Part shown: positions 29,704-38,480 of the stretch, piece after piece
Layout: the number at the start of each line of letters is the position of its first letter
How positions within the stretch are numbered: position 1 is the first letter of the stretch
Origin: Polyangiaceae bacterium
GTDB taxonomy: Bacteria; Myxococcota_A; Polyangia; Polyangiales; Polyangiaceae
Direction of reading: 5' to 3'
Length of the DNA stretch: 64,000 nt
Assembly (NCBI GenBank): GCA_050287085.1
Contig: JBNKBE010000012.1
Coordinates: 96,001 to 160,000 of the forward strand
Notes under the pieces: model-generated
Told to the model about the DNA's origin: nothing
Seen by the model: the letters and a program-made list of their open reading frames with translations, nothing else
Database searches by the model: none
Position numbers and translations under genes: made by a program

Positions 29704-29862
29704 GTTGCGAATCTCCGCCGAATGAGCTCGGCCTTGCTGAACCAACCGCCAGGGCCGGCGGCGACAGAACCTAGTCGCTGCGGGGTCTGCTCAGGTGACA
29801 GCGTCGAAAACGATGCGTTACAGAATTGCCACGGCTTGGTCGCATCGATTCGCGGCGGCGAC

Positions 29863-29890
29863 GGGACAACCATGTGACAATTCGGAAACA
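29863..29890 (-). promoter_or_regulatory. Pho-box-like (OmpR/PhoB family) 11-bp-phased direct repeats
   Basis: Minus strand TGTTTC-N5-TGTCAC-N5-TGTCCC; a second phased triplet GTTAC/GCCAC/GTCGC at 29817/29828/29839 on the plus strand. Confidence 0.5.
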
Positions 29891-30173
29891 TCCCGCAAGC
29901 TCTGACCCGTCGGAAACGGCTCGAGCATTCAGCTATTGATCTTACATATCCATCACTTACGAAAGCGCACCCGGGGGCTCCGCGGCTGAGACTCGGAAAC
30001 GGTGCCTGACGCTCGTTGCCTGTCACTGACCACGACGCCCGTGACAACAGCATGCGGTGCCAGGGAAAATATCGCGCCGTATCGCCGCCCCCACTTCGAG
30101 CGCCGACATCACTGCCGTCGTGCACCCGCCGGGGCCAACGTCGGGTCGAGCGCTGAAGCGATAGCCACAGAGC

Positions 30174-31715
30174 TCATCTGGGTCTGGATGACCTCGCCCC
30201 CGAAAGCCGGCTACCGTCCTCCCCAGAACGCGGCCAGTCGACGGCAACAGTGGTGCCGTCCTTCTCGTCTCCCACGATACAGATGCTACCGCGATGCAAC
30301 TCGACCACCTTCTGGCACAGCGCAAGCCCGATGCCGCTGCCTTCGAACTCGCGCTTCGCGTGGAGACGCTGGAATACCTTGAAGACGCGAGTGCGGTGTT
30401 CCGGCGGAATGCCGATCCCGTTGTCACTAACAAGGATGCGATAGACAACAGGATGCACTTCTACCCGAACCGCGACGCGCAGAGGGCGCTCAGGGGAACG
30501 GAACTTGATAGCGTTGGCAAGCAGGTTGGAAACGAGCAAGCGGAGCGCGGTCAGATCTCCCCAAACTATCGGCAGGTCTGGGGCCAACTCAAGTTCAGCA
30601 TCATCGGGTGCGCCGAGCCGGAGCGTGTCCCAGATGTGGGAAAATAGCTCCGATAGCGCAATTGAGTCCTCATGAAGCCCCTGTGCCCCGGCAGTCGAAA
30701 ACGCCAGAAGCCCGTCAACCAGAGCCCCCATATCCTTCGTAGCCTGCGCGATGATGCGGAGTGCGTCCCGCACCTCGGCGTTGTCATGTTCGCCGAGCAG
30801 TTGCTCCAAGATTCCCGCGAACACTGAAATGTGCCGAATTGGCGCCTTTAGGTCATGCGAAGCCGCGTAGGCAAATTGTTCAAGGTCTCGATTCTTCGCT
30901 CGCAGCGCACTCTCGACATGCTGGGCGTCGGTCACGTCGCGCACGACTACGACCATCCGTCGACGACCTTGGTCCGTGCGCGACGCAGGCACCGCGCTGA
31001 CCGCCCAATAGCTCCCCCCGGGCTGCTCCGTAGCCTGCAGGTAGTAGCAGCGCTCGGCAAAGGCTTCCCCCGCTAAGGCTAGCGCAAAGGGATGAAGTTC
31101 GGGTGGAACTGTCGCCTTCGTCTCGGCTTCGAAGAGTGGGAGACTGCAGAAGCGCTCAGCCGCCTGCGAGGTCACTGTGGCAAGCGGCCAGATGCGTCGC
31201 ATCGCGGCGTTGACGTAGGACACGGACCCACCCTCGACAATGACCACGCCGTTGTTGAGGCTAGCCATAGCGCTCTCAAACAGCTCTTTCTCCGCTGCGA
31301 CTTCGTCCGCGCGACGACGCAGTTCAGCAAAGACGGCGAGCTTCGCCCGGAGGATCTCCGCATCGATCGGTTTCGGTAGGTAGTCGAAGGCCCCCAGGTC
31401 AAACGCCTGCGGGTCAGAACGCGTCCCGGTATTGTGAGCTGTGATGAACAGGACTGGGGTTTCCGCATGCTCAGGATCTTGGCGGATCATTCTTACAAGT
31501 TCGTAGCCGCTCATGTCTGGCATTTGGACGTCGCAGAGAATGCATGCGTACGAATGCCGAAGCAGCTGACTGAGCGCTTCATTGGCGCTCTTGGCAACAT
31601 CGAGTCGATACGACTCATGACCCAGCAGCTGCGACATGGCGTACAGGTTCTGCTCGAGGTCGTCCACGTAGAGCAGTCGCACGAGTGATGGCGGCGTTAT
31701 TGCAGTCTCAAACAC
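30174..31715 (-). CDS. Cytoplasmic hybrid sensor kinase (REC-PAS-HisKA-HATPase)
   Basis: LYVDD, CDVQMPDMSGYE, FAYAASHDLKAP, NLLANAIKF, DNGIGI and GSGIGLA motifs; GTG start preceded by GGAGGAG. Confidence 0.92.
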   Translation of the reverse strand: MFETAITPPSLVRLLYVDDLEQNLYAMSQLLGHESYRLDVAKSANEALSQLLRHSYACILCDVQMPDMSGYELVRMIRQDPEHAETPVLFITAHNTGTRSDPQAFDLGAFDYLPKPIDAEILRAKLAVFAELRRRADEVAAEKELFESAMASLNNGVVIVEGGSVSYVNAAMRRIWPLATVTSQAAERFCSLPLFEAETKATVPPELHPFALALAGEAFAERCYYLQATEQPGGSYWAVSAVPASRTDQGRRRMVVVVRDVTDAQHVESALRAKNRDLEQFAYAASHDLKAPIRHISVFAGILEQLLGEHDNAEVRDALRIIAQATKDMGALVDGLLAFSTAGAQGLHEDSIALSELFSHIWDTLRLGAPDDAELELAPDLPIVWGDLTALRLLVSNLLANAIKFRSPERPLRVAVRVEVHPVVYRILVSDNGIGIPPEHRTRVFKVFQRLHAKREFEGSGIGLALCQKVVELHRGSICIVGDEKDGTTVAVDWPRSGEDGSRLSGARSSRPR

Positions 31716-32086
31716 GTCTCCTCCTTCGGGCCACTCAGCGTTGCCCTTCCCCCCGATCCGGCCGACAATGACCCGGACGCTCGACAATCTATCATAGCCA
31801 ACGCCACAATGGTGAAGGCCGTTTGGCCCCAAAGAGATCCGAACTTGAACCGTTCTCTCTCTGGGCCCGCTACGCACCGAGCGCTTCTCAGGTATGGGCA
31901 GGCGGCCGGTGGCGAGGCCTTGGAGCGCCCGGATTCGGCCGCGGCACCGCGGCGACAAGACGCGGAAATCCCTGCCCTTTTCCTCGGACTCCCGGAACCC
32001 ATTGAACGGCACCTAGAGCGAGGTCGAGCGCAGGAGCCCGCGACGGGCGCGCCCCCGCGCGAAGCTGCTAGGCTAGCGACACCCGA

Positions 32087-33166
32087 ATGAGCCACGGCAA
32101 TAGTAGCGCTGATCGCCCCATATTGAAGCTGAAGCGTGCAGCGGAGGTCTTCCTGCACTGGAAGGTCACGCACTCGGAAAGCCTGCCCTACCTGCCCACG
32201 GAGATCAGCTTCGAAGTCACGAATCGCTGCAATTTCAAGTGCGACTTCTGTCCACAATCCTCCCCCCAGCACTTCGAGCGCGTCCCCCCCGGGCAGCTGG
32301 AACCACCGGAGCTTCGGCGCATGTTGGGCAAATTGAGAGCCGCGGGCCTAGCCACCCGGACACTGCATTGGACGCTCGATGGAGAGCCATTCATGCACAA
32401 GCGCTTTGAGCAGCTGATCCAGACCGCGGGAGAATACGACTTCACGACCCACCACTTCGCCACGAATGGCTACTTCGTCAGCGCGGCACGTCTGCGGCAG
32501 TTTCCGGGTGGCAAGCATCGCTATTTTCTCACTCCGGACTTCTGCGCGGATCGCGAATATTTCGAGTCCGTACGAGGCACGGCCGGCTCGTGGCAGCGTG
32601 TGCTCGACAATCTTCGATCGGTACTGAGCGCACCGGACCTCTCCCGTTTCCACCTGAAGATCACCGATATTGCGAGCTACAAGGAACAAGACGAAGAACT
32701 GCTACGGAAACGCTTCAAAGAGCTCAAGGCCCTGTTCCCAGACTCGCCGCGAGTCACTTTCCTGCAGCGCGCGTTCCACAATGCGACGGGCTTCTCTCAA
32801 ACGGAGAACAAGGTTGATGTTGGCGTCGAGCGCTTGAAGCGGACTCCAAAGGCTAGCGTGCCCCGCGCCGGGTACCGGCTTTGCCCCTACCCGTGGTTCA
32901 GCTTCGTGGTCGCCAGCAACGGTGAAGTGGTGGCCTGCTGCCGCGATCTGGAACACAAGACGGTACTCGGCAACTTGCTAACGCAGGAATTCGATGAAAT
33001 ATGGAACGGTGAGCCATACCAAGAACTGCGGCGCGCGCTCGTGAATCGTGACCCGGGGAAGATTGCGGCCTGCGCCCGGTGCGACATGCCCTACGATCCG
33101 TCCAAAGGAACGCTGCGACACCTCGCTCGCTCCGCCATTCACCGCATGCTATTGTTGGAGAAGTAG
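32087..33166 (+). CDS. Radical SAM enzyme with C-terminal SPASM/twitch domain
   Basis: CNFKCDFC, DGEPF, then CPYPW...GEVVACC...LGNL...IWNG...CARC. Confidence 0.92.
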   Translation: MSHGNSSADRPILKLKRAAEVFLHWKVTHSESLPYLPTEISFEVTNRCNFKCDFCPQSSPQHFERVPPGQLEPPELRRMLGKLRAAGLATRTLHWTLDGEPFMHKRFEQLIQTAGEYDFTTHHFATNGYFVSAARLRQFPGGKHRYFLTPDFCADREYFESVRGTAGSWQRVLDNLRSVLSAPDLSRFHLKITDIASYKEQDEELLRKRFKELKALFPDSPRVTFLQRAFHNATGFSQTENKVDVGVERLKRTPKASVPRAGYRLCPYPWFSFVVASNGEVVACCRDLEHKTVLGNLLTQEFDEIWNGEPYQELRRALVNRDPGKIAACARCDMPYDPSKGTLRHLARSAIHRMLLLEK

Positions 33167-33172
33167 TTCGTC

Positions 33173-34027
33173 ATGCTGGACTCGATGCTCGCTCGACTCC
33201 GGGCGCATGCCCCCTGGTATGTGTTGACCGGTGCCGGGGTCAGCGTCGACAGTGGCATCCCAGCCTACCGCGATGAGCAGGGAACGTGGCAGCACTCCGC
33301 GCCGATCACTTATGCGGAATTCACGCAAGAAGTGTCCGTCCGCCAGCGTTATTGGCTCCGCTCTAGCTTTGGCTTCAAACGCGTTGCTCGCGCCCTTCCC
33401 AACGAGGCACATCTCGCCCTGGCAGCCTTGGAACGCGCTGGCTTGGTAGCGGCGCTTGTCACGCAAAATGTCGACGGACTGCACAACGTCGCCGGCAGCC
33501 GGCACGCGATCGAACTGCACGGCAGCATTCACCACGTGATCTGCCTTGGCTGCGGTCAACGAAGCCCTCGCAGCTCGCTTCAGCGACGCTTGGAACAGCA
33601 AAATCCGTGGTTGACTACGCTCACCGAGCTCAGCGCCGCACCCGACGGCGATGCCAACGTCTGCGCGCCAGCTGATAAGTCCCTGGAGCTCGTCAACTGC
33701 GAGCGATGCGGCGGGCTACTCAAGCCCGACGTGGTCTTCTTTGGCGAAGGCGTCCCCAAGGCCCGCGTCAAACACTGCTATGAGCTCCTGAACGCCGCAC
33801 GCTCGGTACTCGTTATTGGTAGCTCGCTCGCAGTCTTCTCTGGGTACCGCTTTGTAAAACGAGGGGCAAGCTTGGGTCTGCCAGTGCTCGTCGTCAACCG
33901 AGGCACGACGCGCGCGGACGGCTTCGCCGCTGCCAAGTACGAATTCTCCTGCGGAGCGTTGCTCAACGCCCTAGCCGCTCGCACCGCAGCTGAAGCAACA
34001 CCCCTTGAATCCCCATGCGAAACCTAG
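33173..34027 (+). CDS. Sirtuin (Sir2 family) NAD-dependent deacylase, class II / SIRT4-like
   Basis: TGAGVSVDSGIPAYR, RQRYW, TQNVDGLH, ELHG, CxxC...CxxC, LKPDVVFFGE, GSSL and NRG motifs. Confidence 0.93.
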   Translation: MLDSMLARLRAHAPWYVLTGAGVSVDSGIPAYRDEQGTWQHSAPITYAEFTQEVSVRQRYWLRSSFGFKRVARALPNEAHLALAALERAGLVAALVTQNVDGLHNVAGSRHAIELHGSIHHVICLGCGQRSPRSSLQRRLEQQNPWLTTLTELSAAPDGDANVCAPADKSLELVNCERCGGLLKPDVVFFGEGVPKARVKHCYELLNAARSVLVIGSSLAVFSGYRFVKRGASLGLPVLVVNRGTTRADGFAAAKYEFSCGALLNALAARTAAEATPLESPCET

Positions 34028-34105
34028 CTGACGTCCTATTGCAACAAGCGGGAGCCTTGCCGCGCTTCGGGCTATCCCCTAGCCTCCAAAGCTCAGGAAC
34101 CAGCC

Positions 34106-34899
34106 ATGACGGAAACGCTAACCAGCGCTCGCGCCGCCGCCTTTCTTCTTCGCTACGAGGCCGGCGGACGCTTCTTCCGGGAGCCCATTCTCCCTTCCAC
34201 GGACCTGCGCGAACAAAACCTGAGCGGGATTGAGTTCCGTGGCGGCAGCTTCGCTGGCAGTGACCTGTTCGCGGCCAGTCTCTACCAGGCCACAATAACG
34301 GGCACCGACTTCAGTCATGCCAACCTTGTCTCCTGCGACCTGAGTCGGAGCCATATCTCTCTGAGCCACTTCGTAGGAGCTCACTTGAATCAAGCGCGGA
34401 TCCGCTACAGCCAACTCTTGGAGGTGGAATGCGCGGGGCCAGCCTCGCCCATGCAGATCTGCGCCACAGCGCCCTAGAAGCCAACCTCGAAGGCGCCAAC
34501 CTCACGCGCTGTCGAGCCGAAGGAGTGGACCTAAGTCGTTGTTTTGCATTCGGACTCAACGCCGAGCGGCTGCACGCTCCGAAGGCCGATCTGAGCTTCG
34601 CCAAGCTGCGTCGCTCCAACCTGCACGGAGCCACGCTTCGAGACTCATGCCTTTCAGCAACTGATCTGCGGGAAAGCCAGCTGTCGGAAGTTGATGCCAC
34701 CGGAGGCGACTTCCGCGGGGCTCAGCTTCAAGGTGCAGATCTCAGTCGCTCTTCATTGCGTTATGCAGACTTGAGTGATGCTGACCTGACGGGCGCTCGA
34801 TTGCTCGCCACCGATCTGCGTGGAGCCATTCTGAACAACACGTGCTTTGACCAGGTCGACCTATCGGAAGCCCTGCTCGGTGCGTTGGAAGCGGAGTGA
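34106..34899 (+). pseudogene. Pentapeptide-repeat protein split by a frameshift near 34435-34438 (possibly a sequencing error)
   Basis: Starts FLLRYEAGGRFF with A(D/N)Lxx repeats in ORF 34106-34477; repeats continue in another frame (34429-34899). One extra G in the GGGG run would join them. Confidence 0.8.
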
Positions 34900-35238
34900 G
34901 ATCTCAACGCCGGCGCCCTCGCGCGACGGCTCGAGCCGTCACGTCAGCGTATTTCTCGCAGGTATGAGTGCGGTCGAACCACACGGCTGAATTTCTGACT
35001 CGTGGGTTCTAGTCACCTACGCGAACGCCATCTGGGGGAGATTCTGGGTGGTTTCAAGGCAACGCGAAATCCGTTCCAGCACGGACCTGTACGCGAGGAC
35101 TGAGCCTCCGCCTGCCCTCCAAACCCGGGCGAAGAGATCCTGAAGTCGCCCCTATGCGGTGTTTTTGGTAGGCGAAGCATTGAGTTGAGCGTCGCTCTCT
35201 AGGCCAGCGCATGCGCTCTTGAGATCCATTGTGACTCG

Positions 35239-35748
35239 TTGCCGGAATCGGGCATTCAATTGAAGTACCCCACATCTCACCCCCGTTGGGGGCTCGCATT
35301 GCATATTGCAAGCAGCGCCCTACTGCTTCTTCTGCTGCTGTCGCGCCCAGCCGCCGCCGGCATCGAAGCACCGACGTGGCACGAAACCCAAGACGCCGAT
35401 GCTGAAGCGGGCCACGTGACCCTGACCTGGTCCGGCACGGGCGATAGCTACGAGCTTCAACATGCAACCGATGAACAATTCCTGCGCACCAGCCGCATAA
35501 CAAGTACGGCAGATACGCAAAGTTTCGTCTCCGGACTCGGAAATGGAGCCCACTACTTCCGAATTCGCTCGAAGCAACGCGGGGTGCTATCGCCCTGGTC
35601 GCCTGTGCTTCGCTTCGACGTGGCTCACCCCTCGCTTGCCACAAGTCTTGGTCTGTTCGGAGCCGGCGCGCTCGTCTTCGTCGTCACCGTTGCCTTCACT
35701 CTGACCGAGGGCTTTGGAGCATCAAGACACGCAAGGCGGGCGACTTGA
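35239..35748 (+). CDS. Exported single FN3-like domain protein with C-terminal TM anchor
   Basis: Signal peptide (LLLLLLSRPAAA); VTLTW...YELQ...VSGLGNGAHYFRIRS...SPWS; C-terminal hydrophobic helix; stop overlaps the symporter start; start uncertain. Confidence 0.75.
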   Translation: MPESGIQLKYPTSHPRWGLALHIASSALLLLLLLSRPAAAGIEAPTWHETQDADAEAGHVTLTWSGTGDSYELQHATDEQFLRTSRITSTADTQSFVSGLGNGAHYFRIRSKQRGVLSPWSPVLRFDVAHPSLATSLGLFGAGALVFVVTVAFTLTEGFGASRHARRAT

Positions 35749-37184
35749 ACTCGTTCAGTTTGCCTGCTGGCCTCGCCTGGGGATTGCTCGCCGCGTTCTC
35801 CGTACTGTGGATTGGCCTCGGGCTGTTCTGGGGTAAACGCGCTCGGACGGCTGAAGGGCATATGCTGGCAGGGCGCAATGTGGGCCTCGCACTGGGAGCT
35901 GCCACGGCCGTGGCCACCTGGGTCACCTCCAACACCACCATGTTGGCGCCGCAGTTCGCCCTCCAACTCGGAATCTGGGGCATGCTGGCATACTCCACCG
36001 CGTCCATCGGACTGTTTCTCTTTGCACCGATGGCACGTCGCATTCGAGCCCTGATGCCCAATGGCTACACCAGCGCGGAGTTCGTACGACTGCGTTACGG
36101 AAGAGCAGCTTGGGGCGTCTTCATGCTCATTTCGGTCTTCTACAGCCTCACATGGCTGATCAGTATGGCCATGGCCGGTGGCCTGCTCCTGGAGGCCCTT
36201 GCCGGCATTCCCTACGTCGCGGGCATGAGCATCATCTTGGCCGTCTGCGTGGTCTACACGGTGGTCGGCGGCCTCTACGCCGTGATCGGAACCGACTTCA
36301 TTCAGAGCCTGATCATTCTGGCTGGAGTTGTCATCGTCGGAGTGGCTGTGCTGGATCGAGTTCCCGTGGGTGTGATGTACGATCGCATCTCGGAAGAGCG
36401 TCCACTTCTACTGGACGCGATGTTCCCCGCGGCACTGATGGCCGTGTTCAACAATCTTCTATTCGGGCTGGGTGAAATCACGCACAGCAACGTTTGGTGG
36501 AGTCGTGCCTTCGCGATCCGCGACGGCCTAGGTCAGAAAGCGTACACACTAGCGGGGCTCATCTGGTTCCCCATCCCTCTCGCCGCAGGTTTCATTGCGC
36601 TCGCCGCGCCGAGCTTGGGAGTGAACGTGGCACGCCCGGATATGGTCGCCCCCTTGGTCGCGGGGTCGTTGCTGGGCAAAGCCGGAGCCGTCCTAGTCTT
36701 CATTGTCGTGTTTTCTTCTCTGGCCTCTAGCATCGACAGCCTGCTTGCGGCGACCAGCGATTTGATCACGAAGGAGGTCGTCGCACGGATACGACCCCGG
36801 CCCGGCGATGCTAGCGAGAAGCGACAGGCCATTGTCACTACGCTCGCCCTAGGTCTCCTGTGCTGGCTCGCCTGCCTGCCGAAAGTCGGAACGCTAGCGT
36901 CCGTATTATTCTTCGCCGGTCCCCTCGTAGGTAGCACCATCTGGCCAATTCTGGCTGGGCTCTATCATCCGAAGGCCTCGGCTGCTGCCGCAACCAGCGC
37001 GATGGTTCTCGGCAGCGGCGCTGGGCTCTTCGCATACTTCACCCTCGGTTGGTATACCGCGTCCTTGATCGGCACCACTGTATCGATGGCAGTGGTGTTG
37101 GTCGGGCTTGGCAGCAGCGCCCGCACTTTCGACTTCTCAATTCTCGCGGGAAGTAGCCCAACCCGAAACACGGAGACCTCGTAG
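35745..37184 (+). CDS. Sodium:solute symporter (SSS family, DUR3/PutP-like)
   Basis: About 13 TM helices; LAGRNVG, ATW, EFVRLRYG, YTVVGGLYAVIGTDFIQ and SSIDSLLAA motifs. Confidence 0.93.
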   Translation: MNSFSLPAGLAWGLLAAFSVLWIGLGLFWGKRARTAEGHMLAGRNVGLALGAATAVATWVTSNTTMLAPQFALQLGIWGMLAYSTASIGLFLFAPMARRIRALMPNGYTSAEFVRLRYGRAAWGVFMLISVFYSLTWLISMAMAGGLLLEALAGIPYVAGMSIILAVCVVYTVVGGLYAVIGTDFIQSLIILAGVVIVGVAVLDRVPVGVMYDRISEERPLLLDAMFPAALMAVFNNLLFGLGEITHSNVWWSRAFAIRDGLGQKAYTLAGLIWFPIPLAAGFIALAAPSLGVNVARPDMVAPLVAGSLLGKAGAVLVFIVVFSSLASSIDSLLAATSDLITKEVVARIRPRPGDASEKRQAIVTTLALGLLCWLACLPKVGTLASVLFFAGPLVGSTIWPILAGLYHPKASAAAATSAMVLGSGAGLFAYFTLGWYTASLIGTTVSMAVVLVGLGSSARTFDFSILAGSSPTRNTETS

Positions 37185-37303
37185 TGTTTCCAAAAGTTGT
37201 GTTCGAGGCGCTGGTACTGCTCAGTCTCATACTGACGGGCAGCTCCGTACTCCTATTGACGGTGCTTTGGCTGCGCGACTTGCGAAAGGGGAAACTGTGG
37301 TAG
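37184..37303 (+). CDS. 39-aa single-TM peptide, absent from the ORF track
   Basis: GTG at 37184 shares its G with the symporter TAG and follows a GGAG RBS; translates MFPKVVFEALVLLSLILTGSSVLLLTVLWLRDLRKGKLW*. Confidence 0.75.
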   Translation: MFPKVVFEALVLLSLILTGSSVLLLTVLWLRDLRKGKLW

Positions 37304-38400
37304 AGGGGAAACAGCGCTTCGAGTCCAGGATCGCGCCCGTGGGGTTGTCCCATAACTCGAGCGGACAACAACTCGCCGCCCGAGGTTTGGTCGAATTTCG
37401 CGATCAACGCCTGGACTTCATGCTCCTACAGAGCCTCGCCGGAAAGGCAGTGCTCAGCGCGCGCCTGTTCGACGCTTCGCTGGTCGTGGCGTTATGCAAG
37501 TTTGCTGGGCTACTCGAAATGACGGAGATCGCATCTCATCATCCACTCGACGGCAAGCTTGTGATCACCGCCTTCTTTGAGGCTAGCACACGGACGCGAC
37601 TCTCCTTTGAGAGTGCCGCCCTCCGGCTCGACGCCAAAGTCGTGAGCGTACCCGACGGCAAGGTCACCGGCATCGCCAAAGGCGAAAGCTTGGCGGACAT
37701 CGGCGAGATGTTCAACACCTATGGTGACCTTGTGGTCATGCGCCACCCAAAGAGCGAAGCCGTTTCTCAGCTACAGACTCACCTACGACTCCCCCTCATC
37801 AACGCAGGCAACGGCACTGACGAACATCCCACGCAAGCGTTAGTTGACTGGTACACGCTGCTCAAGTGGCGCCCAGAGTTGTGCGCCAGTGAACTCCCCC
37901 GGAGCAAACGCATCAGGCTCGGCATCATTGGTGACCCCAGCACGATGAGAACGGTTCGCAGCTTTCTCTACCTGGCTTGCTGTTTTGCCCCCGCTATCTC
38001 GGAGCTGTACATCATATCGCCCAACAAGAGCGAACCGACGGGTGCTCTCAAACGCAGCCTAAGCAGCGCTGGCATTCCACTCACAACGACCGACAAGCTC
38101 GGCCCCATATTGCCTTCGCTCGACGTCGTCTACATCAACTCCATCGCGCTACTGGATGATGGCTATCATGAATTGTCCGGGGACTACAACCTGAGCGCTA
38201 GTAGCCGTCTGAAGAAGGGTGCGGTCATTCTGCACCCCTTTGCCCGTCGTGGAGAACTTGCCGAGGACCTCGACGGAACAGAGCACAATCTCTACTTCGC
38301 CCAGGCAGCTGGCGCCGTTTATCTGCGTCAGGCGCTCCTGATCTGTCTACTCGAACGCTTGACCGCTTTGCCTGGGGGCGTGCTCTACTTGGCAAAGTAG
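37297..38400 (+). CDS. Aspartate-carbamoyltransferase-like enzyme, probably with a non-canonical amino-acid substrate
   Basis: FFEASTRTRLSFE, KGES, MRH, INAGNG..EHPTQ and RTVRS present; RxQxER and HPLP replaced by YINSIAL and HPFA; start GTG 37297 inferred. Confidence 0.88.
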   Translation: MVEGKQRFESRIAPVGLSHNSSGQQLAARGLVEFRDQRLDFMLLQSLAGKAVLSARLFDASLVVALCKFAGLLEMTEIASHHPLDGKLVITAFFEASTRTRLSFESAALRLDAKVVSVPDGKVTGIAKGESLADIGEMFNTYGDLVVMRHPKSEAVSQLQTHLRLPLINAGNGTDEHPTQALVDWYTLLKWRPELCASELPRSKRIRLGIIGDPSTMRTVRSFLYLACCFAPAISELYIISPNKSEPTGALKRSLSSAGIPLTTTDKLGPILPSLDVVYINSIALLDDGYHELSGDYNLSASSRLKKGAVILHPFARRGELAEDLDGTEHNLYFAQAAGAVYLRQALLICLLERLTALPGGVLYLAK

Positions 38401-38480
38401 AGCATCGGCCATACTACTCCGCGTGACCGACAACGCGACTTCGACAGTGCATCCAGAAGCTATGCGGGAATCGAACTAAC

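Noticed and set aside
31716..32012. N-terminal extension of the histidine kinase
   Set aside because: No domain similarity; a strong RBS precedes the GTG at 31715.
33173..34027. Sir2-based antiphage defence (Thoeris, DSR)
   Set aside because: It is a classical Zn-ribbon sirtuin deacylase with no TIR, HerA or pAgo partner.
34900..35240. Riboswitch (guanidine or c-di-AMP) upstream of the symporter cluster
   Set aside because: Only fragmentary resemblance and no full consensus could be matched by eye; an Infernal/Rfam scan would settle it.
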